Assembly (NCBI GenBank): GCA_022605425.2
Contig: CM061256.1
Span: forward strand, 124,001-188,000
DNA length: 64,000 nt
Direction of reading: 5' to 3'
Source of the DNA: Hamiltosporidium tvaerminnensis FI-OER-3-3
Taxonomy: Eukaryota; Fungi; Microsporidia
Part shown: piece after piece, positions 10,665 through 22,027 of the stretch
Layout: every line of letters starts with the position of its first letter
Numbering within the stretch: position 1 is the first letter of the stretch
Made by a program: the position numbers and the translations under genes
Notes under the pieces: generated by a model
Database searches by the model: none
Seen by the model: only the letters and a program-made list of their open reading frames with translations
Told to the model about the DNA's origin: nothing

Positions 10665-11225
10665 AACCCCATGTCTAATAGAATTCCTGTTATCTCCAAT
10701 ACTCATTTAATTTATATAACCCCTTTCATTATTTACACCCTCTTATTCCCGTTTCAGAGGTTCTATTTATTTTACGCTGTTGTTATAATCTCCTAAATCC
10801 ATATTTTTTGTTCTTTTTCACTACCCATACCATCATAATAATTGTTCTATTCATCTATCTGTATAAAAATAAATGTATGTGTGTGTTTAAATACTGTAAG
10901 TAAAGGGTGTTATTTTCTTTAAAAAAAGGTAAATTTTTTTATAAACCGGTATTATTTTAATTACGGCTGTAGATTAACTAAAGAGTTTATTATGGAATTT
11001 TTATTCAAAGGTATTAATTAATATCAGTTGGTTCTTTAAAACTTGTTAGTAGAAGGGGTAGTATATTAACGGGTGTTAATGTGAAATACTGATTTAAAGG
11101 GTGGTACTAATTTATATTAGGTTAACGGGTTGATAAGAGATTGTTCAATATTAAAGGGGTTTAGTCATAAGAAGAATTATGTAATAGGGTGTTATTTGAA
11201 AGTCTAATAGGGTAAAGGGTATTAA
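10665..11225. repeat. Degenerate low-complexity (A/T)AGGGT(G/A)TTA-type repeat in opposed orientation
   Basis: CCC-type units (TAAACCCC, TAACCCC, TACACCC, CTACCC) in ~10665-10830, followed by ~9 GGG-type units (AAGGGTGTTA, ACGGGTGTTA, TAGGGTGTTA, AAGGGTATTA) in ~10900-11225. Confidence 0.55.
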
Positions 11226-11319
11226 TAATATACAATTAGTATCAAAGAAGTGATTATCTATTCCCACACATTTCAAAAGTTCCAAAGGATGAACCATTTT
11301 AAAGTCGAATTTTGTTAAG

Positions 11320-11463
11320 TCTCACCTTTGGAAAGACAATAAAACGCACAAGATTAAACGCTGCAGTGTGTAGAATAGCTTTGATTAAAACGTGCTTTCC
11401 ACATGAAAACTCTATGTAGCCACTTTGCTGTGAAAATCTCTTCTGTTTTCATGTAAATACCAG
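11320..11463 (+). pseudogene. Probable relic of a piggyBac transposase C-terminal Cys-rich domain
   Basis: Conceptual translation through stops and frameshifts gives H.....KRCSV(C)...KTCF.....PLC.....CF...Y, resembling RCxVC-T-CxxC-PLC-CFxxYH. Short and degenerate. Confidence 0.35.
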
Positions 11464-11839
11464 AACAAAATCAGAAGATATTAATGTTCAAAAGCACACA
11501 AAAAAATAAATAAACACTATTCAAATTAATAAACTAATGTTTTTTTTTTGTTTTTATTAAGCTTGAATCTGCTTTCTTTTATTATCGTAGTATCATGCAG
11601 CTTGTAAGCTAGTATTCGAGAATATAAATGTATTAAAATAAACTAAAATTATATAATTTTTTTCCAATCTTTTTTTTTAAAAGAAATTTGTTTCAATTTA
11701 TTGATCACTTCAAAGTGAACAGGATATATAGACCTCAAAATGAGTTGCATCTAATTCTATAAAGAAAAAATATTTATTTATAGCTTTGGCTCCTTCTATT
11801 TCTTTTCATGAAAATTTTCATGTCATATATAACTCAATC

Positions 11840-12045
11840 GGTGAAGAGAGGATATCAACATTAAAAATCATTTAGTTTGAAAATTGTGAGTGCAAGTGCT
11901 GAAATCATTGTTTCTATTTTGGTGGAATATAAACCACGCGGGATCTATAGGCGAATCTCTTATAATTTCGAGTTACAGCAGATTTAAAGGAGCAAAGAAG
12001 AACTTCTATTTGTTTATCTTAGAAACAGAGAGGAAAAAGCAATAT
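11840..12045 (+). mobile_element. Short non-coding repeat family B (shares 5' head with family A), degenerate copy
   Basis: GGTGAAGAGAGGATA...GAAATCATTGTT...TTTTGGTGGAATATAAACCAC..GGATCTATAGGC...CAGATTTAAAGGAGCAA matches 39043-39265(-) and 60246-60465. Confidence 0.7.
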
Positions 12046-12841
12046 TTGTTTGAAACTATAGCTTATCTTTCAATTTCTGTAAATTTATTTTTTTTACCAC
12101 CTATTTAGAATTATTTATAGCATTTTTAGTGCTGGAATAATAAGTAGTGTAATCACTATCGAAAGTTCTTACATTTACTCCATTTATTTCTCTGATAATA
12201 TCTAGTTTTATTATTTATTTTTAACTTATTTCATAAAAAAAGACCACATGAAATTTTTTCACTAGCAGGCTAACTTTTTTCCTATTATATTTTTCTTATT
12301 TGTCTCGTAGAATTTAGATTTTTTACATTTATTAAGCAGGGAATAATAGAAGCGACAAATTGCTTTTTGTACAATGCATTGTCTGTCATATGACAAATAA
12401 ATTATTAAATGCCAGTAAAAACATTCAGATGATTAAATACAACTCGTTTTCAATCTTCGTCTAGCGATTTCATTTGCTCATTTTATCTTTTATTAGGATC
12501 CAAAGAGCAGGCCTTCCTTGTGAATAATCATAACATTTAGCCTGTGAAAGAGAATTTCACATTTGATTTTGTCGTATTGTTTTCACCAAGACACTAATTT
12601 TTAAAAATATGTTTTTTTGAATCTTTGATCGAATGTGATGTTGATATTTATTTTAAAGCACTGGTTACGTTAGGTAAATAGTAAAACGCACCAATAATTT
12701 GGCGAAGTTAGTCATTATATTAGTGTGATCAAATATATACTTGATCCATGGAAAAGCTCGGCATTTTCTTGATGTTATTTTGACATTCTTTCGTTATTTA
12801 CAAACAAATAATTTTTGAGAGATCGCCCGGTTCTTATATAC

Positions 12842-12916
12842 TTATTTGCTTTGAAAATAACATATACAATAATATGATATTATTTGCTTTTAAAAATAAC
12901 ATATACTATAGTATGA
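12842..12916. repeat. Imperfect ~38-bp tandem duplication
   Basis: TTATTTGCTTT(G/TA)AAAATAACATATAC(A/T)ATA(A/G)TATGA occurs twice. Confidence 0.7.
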
Positions 12917-14384
12917 AAATATTAGCAAAATAATTATTTCACCTGTCTGCAATAGGTAAATTTTTTTGCTGTTTCTGTTATACAACCAATCAAAGTAGTT
13001 GTATTTTAATGATTTTCGCATTATAATCACAATTTCGACTCAAAGAATATTCTAAAAAATATATTTCGCGCAGCTAATCGAAAAATATATTTACTTCTTT
13101 ATTATTGAGAATAATTCTTTAAAATATTCAAATATGATATTTACTTTTAATTTCATTTTGTTGACATATCACAATGCTTTTAAAGATGTATTATTTATAT
13201 ATTTGTTACCAATTGATGCTTTTTGAAATTGAAAATAAAAAAATAAATCTCCAAGATTTTTTTATCTTAGTATAGATATTTGTAAGATTTTTTCGGCTTT
13301 TATAATATATTTTTTTACCTGATAAGCATACCAAAAGTTAGATGCAAAAAAAACAGAAAATTAAGACTGAGGTAGAAAAGAAAACTCTCGGGTTTTCTAA
13401 AGTAAAATACTTACTTTCATCTGTTCAAAAATTTTTAATTAAATGAGAATGGAAATGAATAATAGAGATGAATGATACAAAGACAGATTTTATATACATT
13501 GTTACAACAAATTCTTGCTATAATTTTTCAAAAAAGAAATAGAAAATACAAAAAACATTATTATTGGTATTTCTTTCTATAATATTTTCAATATTTATAA
13601 TCAAAAAGTAACAAACAAAGTTTTACATATATTATTGTTGTTTTTAATGCCATATTTTTAGTATGTAGATTTAGAAATAAATGTTCATAATAATATTTTA
13701 ATTTATTTAGATTATGACTTATTTATTTTGCTAATTTACTGTTAAAGCATTTTTAATAATTCTTCTTGAATTTGGTTTAAATTTTGTATTTGAAATTTAT
13801 TTTCTAGAATTCGATAATAATAGTTGGTTTCGAGAAAAAGATAATTTTCATCTGGGTTTTTGTAAAAATTCTATTCATTTTACTAAATGTATAAATTTGT
13901 TTATTGTTAATTCAAATATCCAAGCTTCGAATAAAAATTGTATCTTGTATAATTATATCCTTTTTAAGACATATTTTAGGATTAAATATGAAAAATGATA
14001 TTACAATATTTAAAATATATTTAGGTTAGAGATATGTAATAATAAATCAAGCCAAAAATTTGTAATTATAACTGAAATTTATGTAAATTGTATTTTACTG
14101 TAAAAAAACAAGTATATTTGCGAGAATATAAAAAAAATTCCTCATGAATAGATTTTATAAAAGCTTTTATTCCGTGTAAATTAAAGATTTTGACAAAAAT
14201 TTTCTAGACTCATAGCAATTTCATTTATTTATTTATTATTTTATTCTTTAGAACAAAGGAGGGTAAACAATCTATTATTTTGATTTCCTTGGAATATTTG
14301 TTAAATTATTTACACTTGTATAGATAAATGAAAAATTTTTGAATATTTTTTTAAATCTATTTTTTTCCAAAATACCTTTAATTC

Positions 14385-14780
14385 ATGTATACAGAAATTG
14401 AACCTCCGAAAATAAAAAGGAGAAAACTTTCAGTTACAGAGAATAATATCAACTTTCAAAGATCACGAAGCAACAGTTTAGGAACAAATGAAAATTATAT
14501 ATTTGATAGAAACAAATTAGAAGAACCTTTAGTGATTAAATTTGGTACAAAGAAATTCCTAAGTGGGAAAGGTGAATATTTCCTTCTATTGGTAAAACAT
14601 GTTTTGAAACTAAATAGATCAATTGATCTATCTAAATATAAAAGGTTTTCTAGGTGTTTGTTACATGTTAAAGCCGTGAATCCACCAAAGAATGAACATT
14701 GGAATGATTTTATAGCATTTCTTGTAAAAGAAGAAATTATAGAAAGAATTTCATCAGGAAAATTCAGAATAATTAAGTAA
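14385..14780 (+). CDS. Hypothetical 131-aa protein with NLS-like KIKRRK and possible C-terminal winged-helix-like end
   Basis: Clean ATG-initiated ORF with a protein-like composition in AT-rich flanks. AATAAA overlaps the stop. C-terminus WNDFIAFLVKEEIIERISSGKFRII resembles a helix plus beta-hairpin wing (inference). Confidence 0.75.
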   Translation: MYTEIEPPKIKRRKLSVTENNINFQRSRSNSLGTNENYIFDRNKLEEPLVIKFGTKKFLSGKGEYFLLLVKHVLKLNRSIDLSKYKRFSRCLLHVKAVNPPKNEHWNDFIAFLVKEEIIERISSGKFRIIK

Positions 14781-14949
14781 TAAATTTTTTTTATTTTTTT
14801 TTATATTCTATAATATTTTGATAGAAAATAACGAATGCTTTTACTATTTTTTTTTTAAAAAAGTTGTGACAAAAAGCTATTAATAATATGTTTTTGTACT
14901 AAGTATCTTGATTATTATCACAAAAATATAGAAATATTTAGAATAAATA

Positions 14950-15610
14950 TGTTTGATATTGTAAAATAATTTGTTGAATGTGAAGTTAACCACATTATGA
15001 AGCATTCGTTTGGAGATGAGTATGTTAAACAGTGTAGAAGTCATTGCTGGTATTTTTGCTAGAATGATAACCGAACTAAATTTTCGATTGTTAAAAAAGA
15101 ATTTATTTGATGTGGAAAGAAAGTCTACAAATTTGTCTCTGGTTTTTATGCAACCAGATGAAAAATCTTGGTTGAATCTGTATGTGACCGCATTTAAATG
15201 GATGACAAACTGGTTTTTCTTACTTAGATTTAAAGACTTAGCGTTTAAAGGGTTGAAAAAATGTAAAGTTTAAAAGGCTGACATTGTAAGAACGAGTTAT
15301 GTTGATGTTATAATATTGCAACGTCCAGATGAAACCATAAAAGTCACTGATATACCTTAGGTAGAAATTTATGAACTTCTCAATGAGTAGAGTAAGTCAG
15401 AATATTATTGATCTTGGAAGACCCAGAGCGTGTCCGTCCACCGATTTCATTTTAGCCAACATACAACAACGAACCTTGTTCTCTGTCTCGCGAATTAAAT
15501 GAATTTCACATCTCTTTTATTAGCAAAGATTTAGACTGAAATTATCGTAGGGTAGAATTATAGAGCATCAGAGGAGATGTTAGCTAAATGCCATCTAGAA
15601 TCGCGATATA
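14950..15610 (+). pseudogene. Possible decayed coding sequence of unknown origin (probably TE-derived)
   Basis: GC-richer block with protein-like frames broken by stops and frameshifts (MKHSFGDEYVKQCRSHCWYFC*..., ...KADIVRTSYVDVIILQRPDETIKVTDIP*VEIYELLNE*). No family recognised. Confidence 0.3.
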
Positions 15611-16857
15611 GTAAGGAAAAAAACGTACCTCTATTTACTTTTATAAAAAAATATGGTTTAAATATAAACTAATATGTTCTACAAAAATATTTTTAACGTG
15701 TAAAAATATTTTAAAACTTTTTATTCAGACATAAAATAGAAATACCTAAAGGCCTAGCACCAATTAATATGGCTAAACCGCAATTCATGGTTTTAAATTT
15801 TAATAATTGAATCCATACTATTGAATCTTAAGACAGCCTAGTCAAGATATCGTAATTAACTTCACAAGAGCTAACATAAACATCGTTTTTTACATGTTTT
15901 TTCCTTCAATAAAAAAGGTTGTATGAAGCTTATATTATATCCAGCTAAAAGATAATGCCCACGGATACTTAGAGAAAACGGCCGAGATATAATTTATTTA
16001 TGGAGCATTTTATCAACCCTAGGTAAAGAATATTTCTATAAATAAAGCTGGTTGCTTTCCTTGTAGTCTCGCGTTATGCTTATAAGCTTTAAAAATAGCA
16101 TTAATCATGTATGAACTTCCTTTAAATACATAACGAAGAAACGTAGTCACAAAATAAGTTTGTTTGACTAATATATAAATTATATTTAAAAAACCAATGT
16201 TGAAATTCAAAAGAATATCTTCTTTTATTATTCTATGCAATTACGACAGGAATATTTTATACTTCAAAAAATCAATAAATCGAACGCAAAACATGCAAAT
16301 AAATGTCCTGCCTTGTATTTATATATTGTAAAAAAATGCAAAATGGTTTTAGAATCTGATCGTAGAGGTTCTCTTATATGTAAAAGGCAGTATTTAAACA
16401 TCTATTGAATCTCAAATTATAAAGATAAAAAAATATCTAAAGTTTAAACGTATGATTACTCTTGCTAACTTTCATCAAATAGATATAAAGAATTCATTCT
16501 ACCATTTTTTACTCCAAATTTAATCTTTTCTTTCATATTAAGGTTTCACAGATTTTTTGAGGGAATAAATCCGAAAATTATCTTTTTACAAACTAATAAA
16601 TTTAAATTTTTACTTAATATTAAACTATATTTAAAAACAGGTAAAAATACTTTAGCATCAAATAAAAAAATTTTCAATTAACTTATATCATTAAATGATT
16701 AAGAAACAGGTTTAAATATATAAAATAACTATATTTTTTCAAATATATGAAAATTGGTTAAAAAAAATACATCTCAATACGAAAATAAAGAGATTTTTGC
16801 TTTTATACAGTATTAAATCTTCTGTTATTTAGAATATAAATATATATAAGGTTCTTT

Positions 16858-17585
16858 GTGGAGGGAGGATAACCTTATAAAAAACTTTCTGCTTGGCAAT
16901 GTGTGTGTGAAACTGGTGTGAAGATCATTGTTTGGATTTTTAGTGGGAATACAACCACACTACATCTTCGGTTGTTATCATGGGAGTTGTTATGAGGAGG
17001 AGAGGTCTAAGAAATAGAGAAACTTTTTCTACAAATTTATTTGTAGTTTTTTATGTAACCAGATTGCAGACCGCAGCTGAACATGTAGGTAATTGCCATG
17101 TAAAAGCATGGAAATCTAGCCTTGCTCACTCGGGTTAGAAGACTTGGCGCCTGGGAGATACAAAACAAAAAACCTATTAAAGCCAGGAAAGCTAAGTAGC
17201 ATGTTATACCTGTTGGTATGACATTGCACTGTCTAGGTGGACCCCATGTAAGTCTCTGAAATATATCTTAGCTAGAAGTTTATTGGGTTCCGAAAGTGTA
17301 GAGTAAGTGGGAATGCTGCATAGTCTTGGGGGAGCCCAGGGGGAGCTTCGGCCTTCGATCACACTCCATGCAACGGACATTAACGAACTCGGGCAACTGC
17401 CTCGCCTATTAATTAGGTTCTACACACCTGGTAGATGAAAGTCTTTGGGACGTAGGTATCGCAGGGGTTACCGATGGAGTGTTGGGGTAGCAGTCATTTA
17501 TGTTAAACCTAGAACTGCGTTAATGTCATAAAAACAAATATAACACTTGCTACTATTTAAAAAGATGTGATACTTTTAAATGAAG
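16858..17585 (+). mobile_element. ~730-bp non-coding structured repeat, family A, young copy
   Basis: Highly similar over the full length to 49920-50650(-). No conserved ORF. Many hairpins. No clean TSD seen. Confidence 0.9.
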
Positions 17586-17808
17586 TCAATTATTTCTTAA
17601 TAAATATATAAAATTACTTTTTCTAATTTAATGAGTGTTTCTATCAAAACATTCTTTTTTATTTTCAAATCAGATTCTAAAAAATTTCTGAAATGAACTT
17701 CTTTTTGATTTTTTTAAACTATATATTATATATTTACATTTCTACTAATATGGTAAAAATCGTAGAAAAAAAATTTAAAAGGAATAAATTTATGTTAAAA
17801 TTTTAATA

Positions 17809-18526
17809 GTGGAGGGAGGATAACCGCATAAAAAACTTTCTGCTTGGCAATGAGTGTGTGAAATTAGTGTGAAAATCATTATTTCTATTTTTTGTGGAAT
17901 CAAATCAAACTGCATTTTGAGTGGTCAATGGAATTCGTATAAGGAGGGTAAGGTCTACGAAATAGCTCAGCTTTTTCTATATATTTATTTGTAGTTTTTT
18001 ATGTAACTAGATTGTAGACTGCAGATGAACATGTAGGTAATTGCCATGTAAGAGCATGGAAACCTAGCCCTGCTCACTCGCGTTAGAAGACTTAGTGCCT
18101 GTGAGATATAAAAAAAACTTTTTAAATCCGGCAGAGCTAAATGGCAAGTTATATATGTTAATATGACATTGCACTGTCTAAGTAGACACCAAGTAAGTCT
18201 CTACAATTATCTTGGCTAGAAGTTTATTAAGTTCAAAAAGTGTAGAGTAAGTAGGAATGCTGTATAGTCTTGAAGAGAGCCAGGGGAGGCCTCGGCCTTC
18301 GATCTCACTTCATGCAACGGAAAATTAACGAACTAGGCAACTGTCTCCCCCATTAATTAGGATCTACACGGTTTTTAAATAAAAGGCTTTGGAATGATGG
18401 TATCCTAGAAGATGCTGATGAAGTGTTAGAAGCAGTTAGATGTAAAATCTAGAACTGCGTTAATTTAAATAAAACAATATGTAACTTGCTTCTGTTTTAA
18501 ATATATGTTATGTTTTTAAATAAAAG
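17809..18526 (+). mobile_element. Family A repeat, more diverged copy in tandem with the previous one
   Basis: Starts GTGGAGGGAGGATAACCGC and is colinear to the 3' end TTTTAAATAAAAG. Confidence 0.88.
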
Positions 18527-19379
18527 CTATATTTTTTTTATTTTATTGGCTTTTTATATATTATTTCTATTGTTGCTAATCGATTACTCGCCAAATTTCC
18601 TAAAATACTCTTTACCGCCAAAAAACGCATTAATACATTAATTTTTCAAATCCACTCATCTTAATTACACGCAGAAAAGTTCTTGAATTGCTTGATCATT
18701 AACCAATGGTAAATAAAAAAAAGGGTTGGATGTATTTTGAAATACACATTTAATATTTTTTTACATTTTTTGGAAACAGAGTTTACTAAGTCTAACAAAT
18801 ATAGAAAGTGAGTTAGAATCTTTTTTATTAAAGGTTGTTTTTTAAATTACTATTTATAACAAGGTGTAACACTAGATTGCTATAAAACATGTGGTAACTA
18901 TAAGAATATATTGTATATCGGTCTATGACATAAAAACGTAAAAGCTATTTATCATGATTTGGAACACATGTAAAAACTAATTTTAAAACATATAAATAGC
19001 AATGCCATAAACAAGTAGAAATATACAAATGATAAAATGGTTTTTATAAACTAAACGCGATTCTAACTAAAAAAGATGAAAACATGACAAATCATTTATA
19101 TAAATGATAAAAAAATATTATAAAACTTAAAATAAATAGAGGCATTTTGAATGCAAAAAATATGATATGAAAAAACCGGTAAAACATTAAATAGGAGGGT
19201 AAGAAATAACGTCAATAAGCCAAGATTGAACTAATTATATGTTTAATTCTAAAGATCTTTATTTTAATCTATGATAGATAAATTTAAATAATATTCTTAA
19301 AGTTTGAGTTTATTTTTTGTATCAATCTAAAGAAAATTTATTTAAATAAAAATATTAATCTAATCTTATATATCTATAT

Positions 19380-19615
19380 TAGCTGTTCTTAACCGGAGAT
19401 GCAGGAAGGTATTTTAAAGGTGCGGGAAGGTATTTTTTAGCGTGCGACAGAAGCCCCTGTCAAAAGCTTGAGCTGATACCGAGATATACAATATGTATAT
19501 TTTTTAAAATTAACAACTAATTTGCAAAAGACCGAAACACTTTTTACTTGGGGGTTCGGAGACCGATTTTCAGATTCAAAGAGGTGCGGCTTACTTAAAA
19601 GGCTAAGAACGACTA
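19380..19615. mobile_element. 236-bp hAT (Buster/Charlie-type) MITE
   Basis: Imperfect 15-bp TIRs TAGCTGTTCTTAACC (19380-19394) and GGCTAAGAACGACTA (19601-19615), 12/15 match. 8-bp TSD ATCTATAT/CTCTATAT with central TA (nnnTAnnn). Subterminal repeat GC(A/G)GGAAGGTATTTT x2. Confidence 0.75.
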
Positions 19616-20014
19616 CTCTATATTTATATGTTTATCTGAAATAGCTTATTTATATGTTTTAATTATAATTATCGATTTATATAAATTATATAGCCTTCTA
19701 GAAATGTAGTTTTTGTAAATATATTATTTTTACACGATATTTAAAAATAGTAACAGATACATTTCATTTAATAAAATAACGAATTGAATTGGTTATTTAT
19801 AAATATATTTTATTTATTCAAAGAACGAGTTTAATTGGTCGATGAATCGGAAATAGAAATATTATTATTGGTTAAATTATTTTATTTAATTTAAATATTG
19901 AAAATAATTTGTTTATTAAACCATAAATTTCTATATGAAAGTAAATAATTGAATTTAATTTATTTTTAAAAAGTATTAAATGTTTTTTTTTGTAAAAGGA
20001 GTATCAAAATAAGA

Positions 20015-22027
20015 ATGCGTTTTTATTGTTTTAACAGTTTATTTTTATTTTTCAATCGACATATTTTAGCAGCGAAAGAAGAAATGGAGGTATCACAGAT
20101 GCAAAATGTTGTGGATAAAAGCGAAAATCCAATGTTATCCAGAGTTCATGAAAAATTGTTATCAGATAAATCTTCAAAACCAGAAGATAATGAATCGTTC
20201 TTATATCAAGCTACTGAAGATATTTCTGGGTCTCTTGAGAGAAAAAAAGATTTTGAATATGGAATTTGTTTATCTAAAAGCGATTCGATAGACGAAATGG
20301 AAAAATATACGCATCTTGAACTTTTTATAGCCTTAAACGTTTTAGAAGTAGAAGATATAAAAACCTTGTCGGATTTGGTTTATAAGTTTGACACAAAAAA
20401 AAACTTTTTGGATTTCAAGGAAAATCTTAAAATTGTATCGAAAGCCATTTCTTCTTTTAAAACACTAAAAGAATATGTTTTGTATATTTTGAGTCTTTAT
20501 ATGCCATATAAAGAACAGATAGAGACATTTTATCGTACAAATTTTTATTTACCTGAAAATAATCTTGAAAATGTAAATTTGAATTTTAATAGAAGTTTAG
20601 ATTGGTTTAAAAATCTGAAAAATAAAGATTTAAAAAGAGTAGCTTCGCATCTTCTAGAAAGATGGAAATTTTTGTGCAAGAAACATGTTCGCGCTTTTGA
20701 TATGGCTGGAAGGGAAAAAACCTATTCTACGCTTGTTCTTCTTCCAAATAATTTTGTTGTTCCAGGTGGAAGATTTTTGGAATTTTATTATTGGGATTCA
20801 TACTGGATACTTAGAGGTTTAATTACTAGTCGATTGATGGTTCAGGCTTTTGAAGTTGTCAAAAATTTTATTTGGCTTATAAATTATTTTGGTTTTGTTC
20901 CAAATGGCACGAGAAAATATTACAACAGATCTCAGCCACCTTTCTTTGTACTGATGCTCTTGGAGTTGCACAAAACAGGTGATAAAGGTGCACGAAAGTT
21001 AATTGTTGAAGAAGGAATACCAGCTGCAATAAAAGAAATGCAATTTTGGCGAGAAAACAGAAAAGTAGAAATAAAAATAAACGGACATGTATTTACATTA
21101 AATAGATATTGTGTAGAAACTGATTATGCTCGACCAGAATCCTTCATGAAAGATATCAGAGATTTCGAAAAAATGCAAACTGATGACAAAAAAGTAGAAA
21201 ATAAATTTTATACCGATATAAAATCAGCAGCAGAATCAGGTTGGGATTTTTCTACACGCTGGTTCAACAACAATGCGAGTTTACAGTCTATATGCACATC
21301 TGATATTATTCCCGTAGATTTAAACACCTTACTTTTTGCATCTGAAAAAAATTTGGATTTTCTGATTAAAGAACATAATTTTTTGAATCAATCAGGAATT
21401 GACTTTGGAGATTTAAGTATGAAAAGAGAGGAAGCAATCAATTCTGTTTTATGGAATCCATTCGAAAAATCTTGGAATGATTATAACTTTAAAAAAAATA
21501 CATTTACGCAAGATGTATTTTACTTTTCGAATTTGTTTCCGTTATTCTTTGATATTAAACCAGTGGATGGTAATGTTTATAATATTTTGTCGAAATACTG
21601 TAAGATATTATTTTATTACAAAGGAATACCAGCCAGTGGATATTTTAAAGAAAATACATCTGGCGAGAAAGTTTATTCTGGTCAGCAATGGGATTTCCCT
21701 AACATATGGGCTCCACACCAACAACTGATGGTAGAATTTCTGTGCAAAATAAATGAAAAATCATCATTGGCGCTTAAAATAGCAAGAGATTTTTATCAAC
21801 ATGTTAAAAGTCTGTGTGGAGAAGAAGGAATATTTTATGAAAAATATTCTTGTTTAGGCGATAAAGCAGGAGGCGGTGAATACGAAAATCAGTTTGGTTT
21901 TGGTTGGACAAATGGTGTTTTATTAGAGTTTATTGAAAAATTCGGTGATGACTTAACATTAAAAGAAATTGATTATGATACTATTTGTAAAATAGTTGAG
22001 TCTAAAAAGGAAAAACCAGAAAGATAA
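20015..22027 (+). CDS. TREH: Alpha,alpha-trehalase (GH37), probably secreted
   Basis: Motifs VVPGGRFLEFYYWDSY, GFVPNG, NRSQPP, RPES, AAESGWDFSTRW, PVDLN, QQWDFPNIWAP, EKY, GGGEY..Q.GFGWTNG. Hydrophobic N-terminus MRFYCFNSLFLFF. Confidence 0.96.
   Translation: MRFYCFNSLFLFFNRHILAAKEEMEVSQMQNVVDKSENPMLSRVHEKLLSDKSSKPEDNESFLYQATEDISGSLERKKDFEYGICLSKSDSIDEMEKYTHLELFIALNVLEVEDIKTLSDLVYKFDTKKNFLDFKENLKIVSKAISSFKTLKEYVLYILSLYMPYKEQIETFYRTNFYLPENNLENVNLNFNRSLDWFKNLKNKDLKRVASHLLERWKFLCKKHVRAFDMAGREKTYSTLVLLPNNFVVPGGRFLEFYYWDSYWILRGLITSRLMVQAFEVVKNFIWLINYFGFVPNGTRKYYNRSQPPFFVLMLLELHKTGDKGARKLIVEEGIPAAIKEMQFWRENRKVEIKINGHVFTLNRYCVETDYARPESFMKDIRDFEKMQTDDKKVENKFYTDIKSAAESGWDFSTRWFNNNASLQSICTSDIIPVDLNTLLFASEKNLDFLIKEHNFLNQSGIDFGDLSMKREEAINSVLWNPFEKSWNDYNFKKNTFTQDVFYFSNLFPLFFDIKPVDGNVYNILSKYCKILFYYKGIPASGYFKENTSGEKVYSGQQWDFPNIWAPHQQLMVEFLCKINEKSSLALKIARDFYQHVKSLCGEEGIFYEKYSCLGDKAGGGEYENQFGFGWTNGVLLEFIEKFGDDLTLKEIDYDTICKIVESKKEKPER

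Noticed and set aside
16858-16900. Twister ribozyme suggested by GTGGAGGG at the head of family A
   Set aside because: The complementary GUCCC loop and UAAC junction are not found in the required arrangement. No hammerhead CUGANGA/GAAA core was found either.
17146-17225. 5S rRNA origin of family A (GCCTGGGAGATAC; AAGCTAAGTAG...CCTGTTGGTA resembling box A)
   Set aside because: The motifs are in the wrong order, internal rather than at the 5' end, and box C is missing. Weak similarity only.
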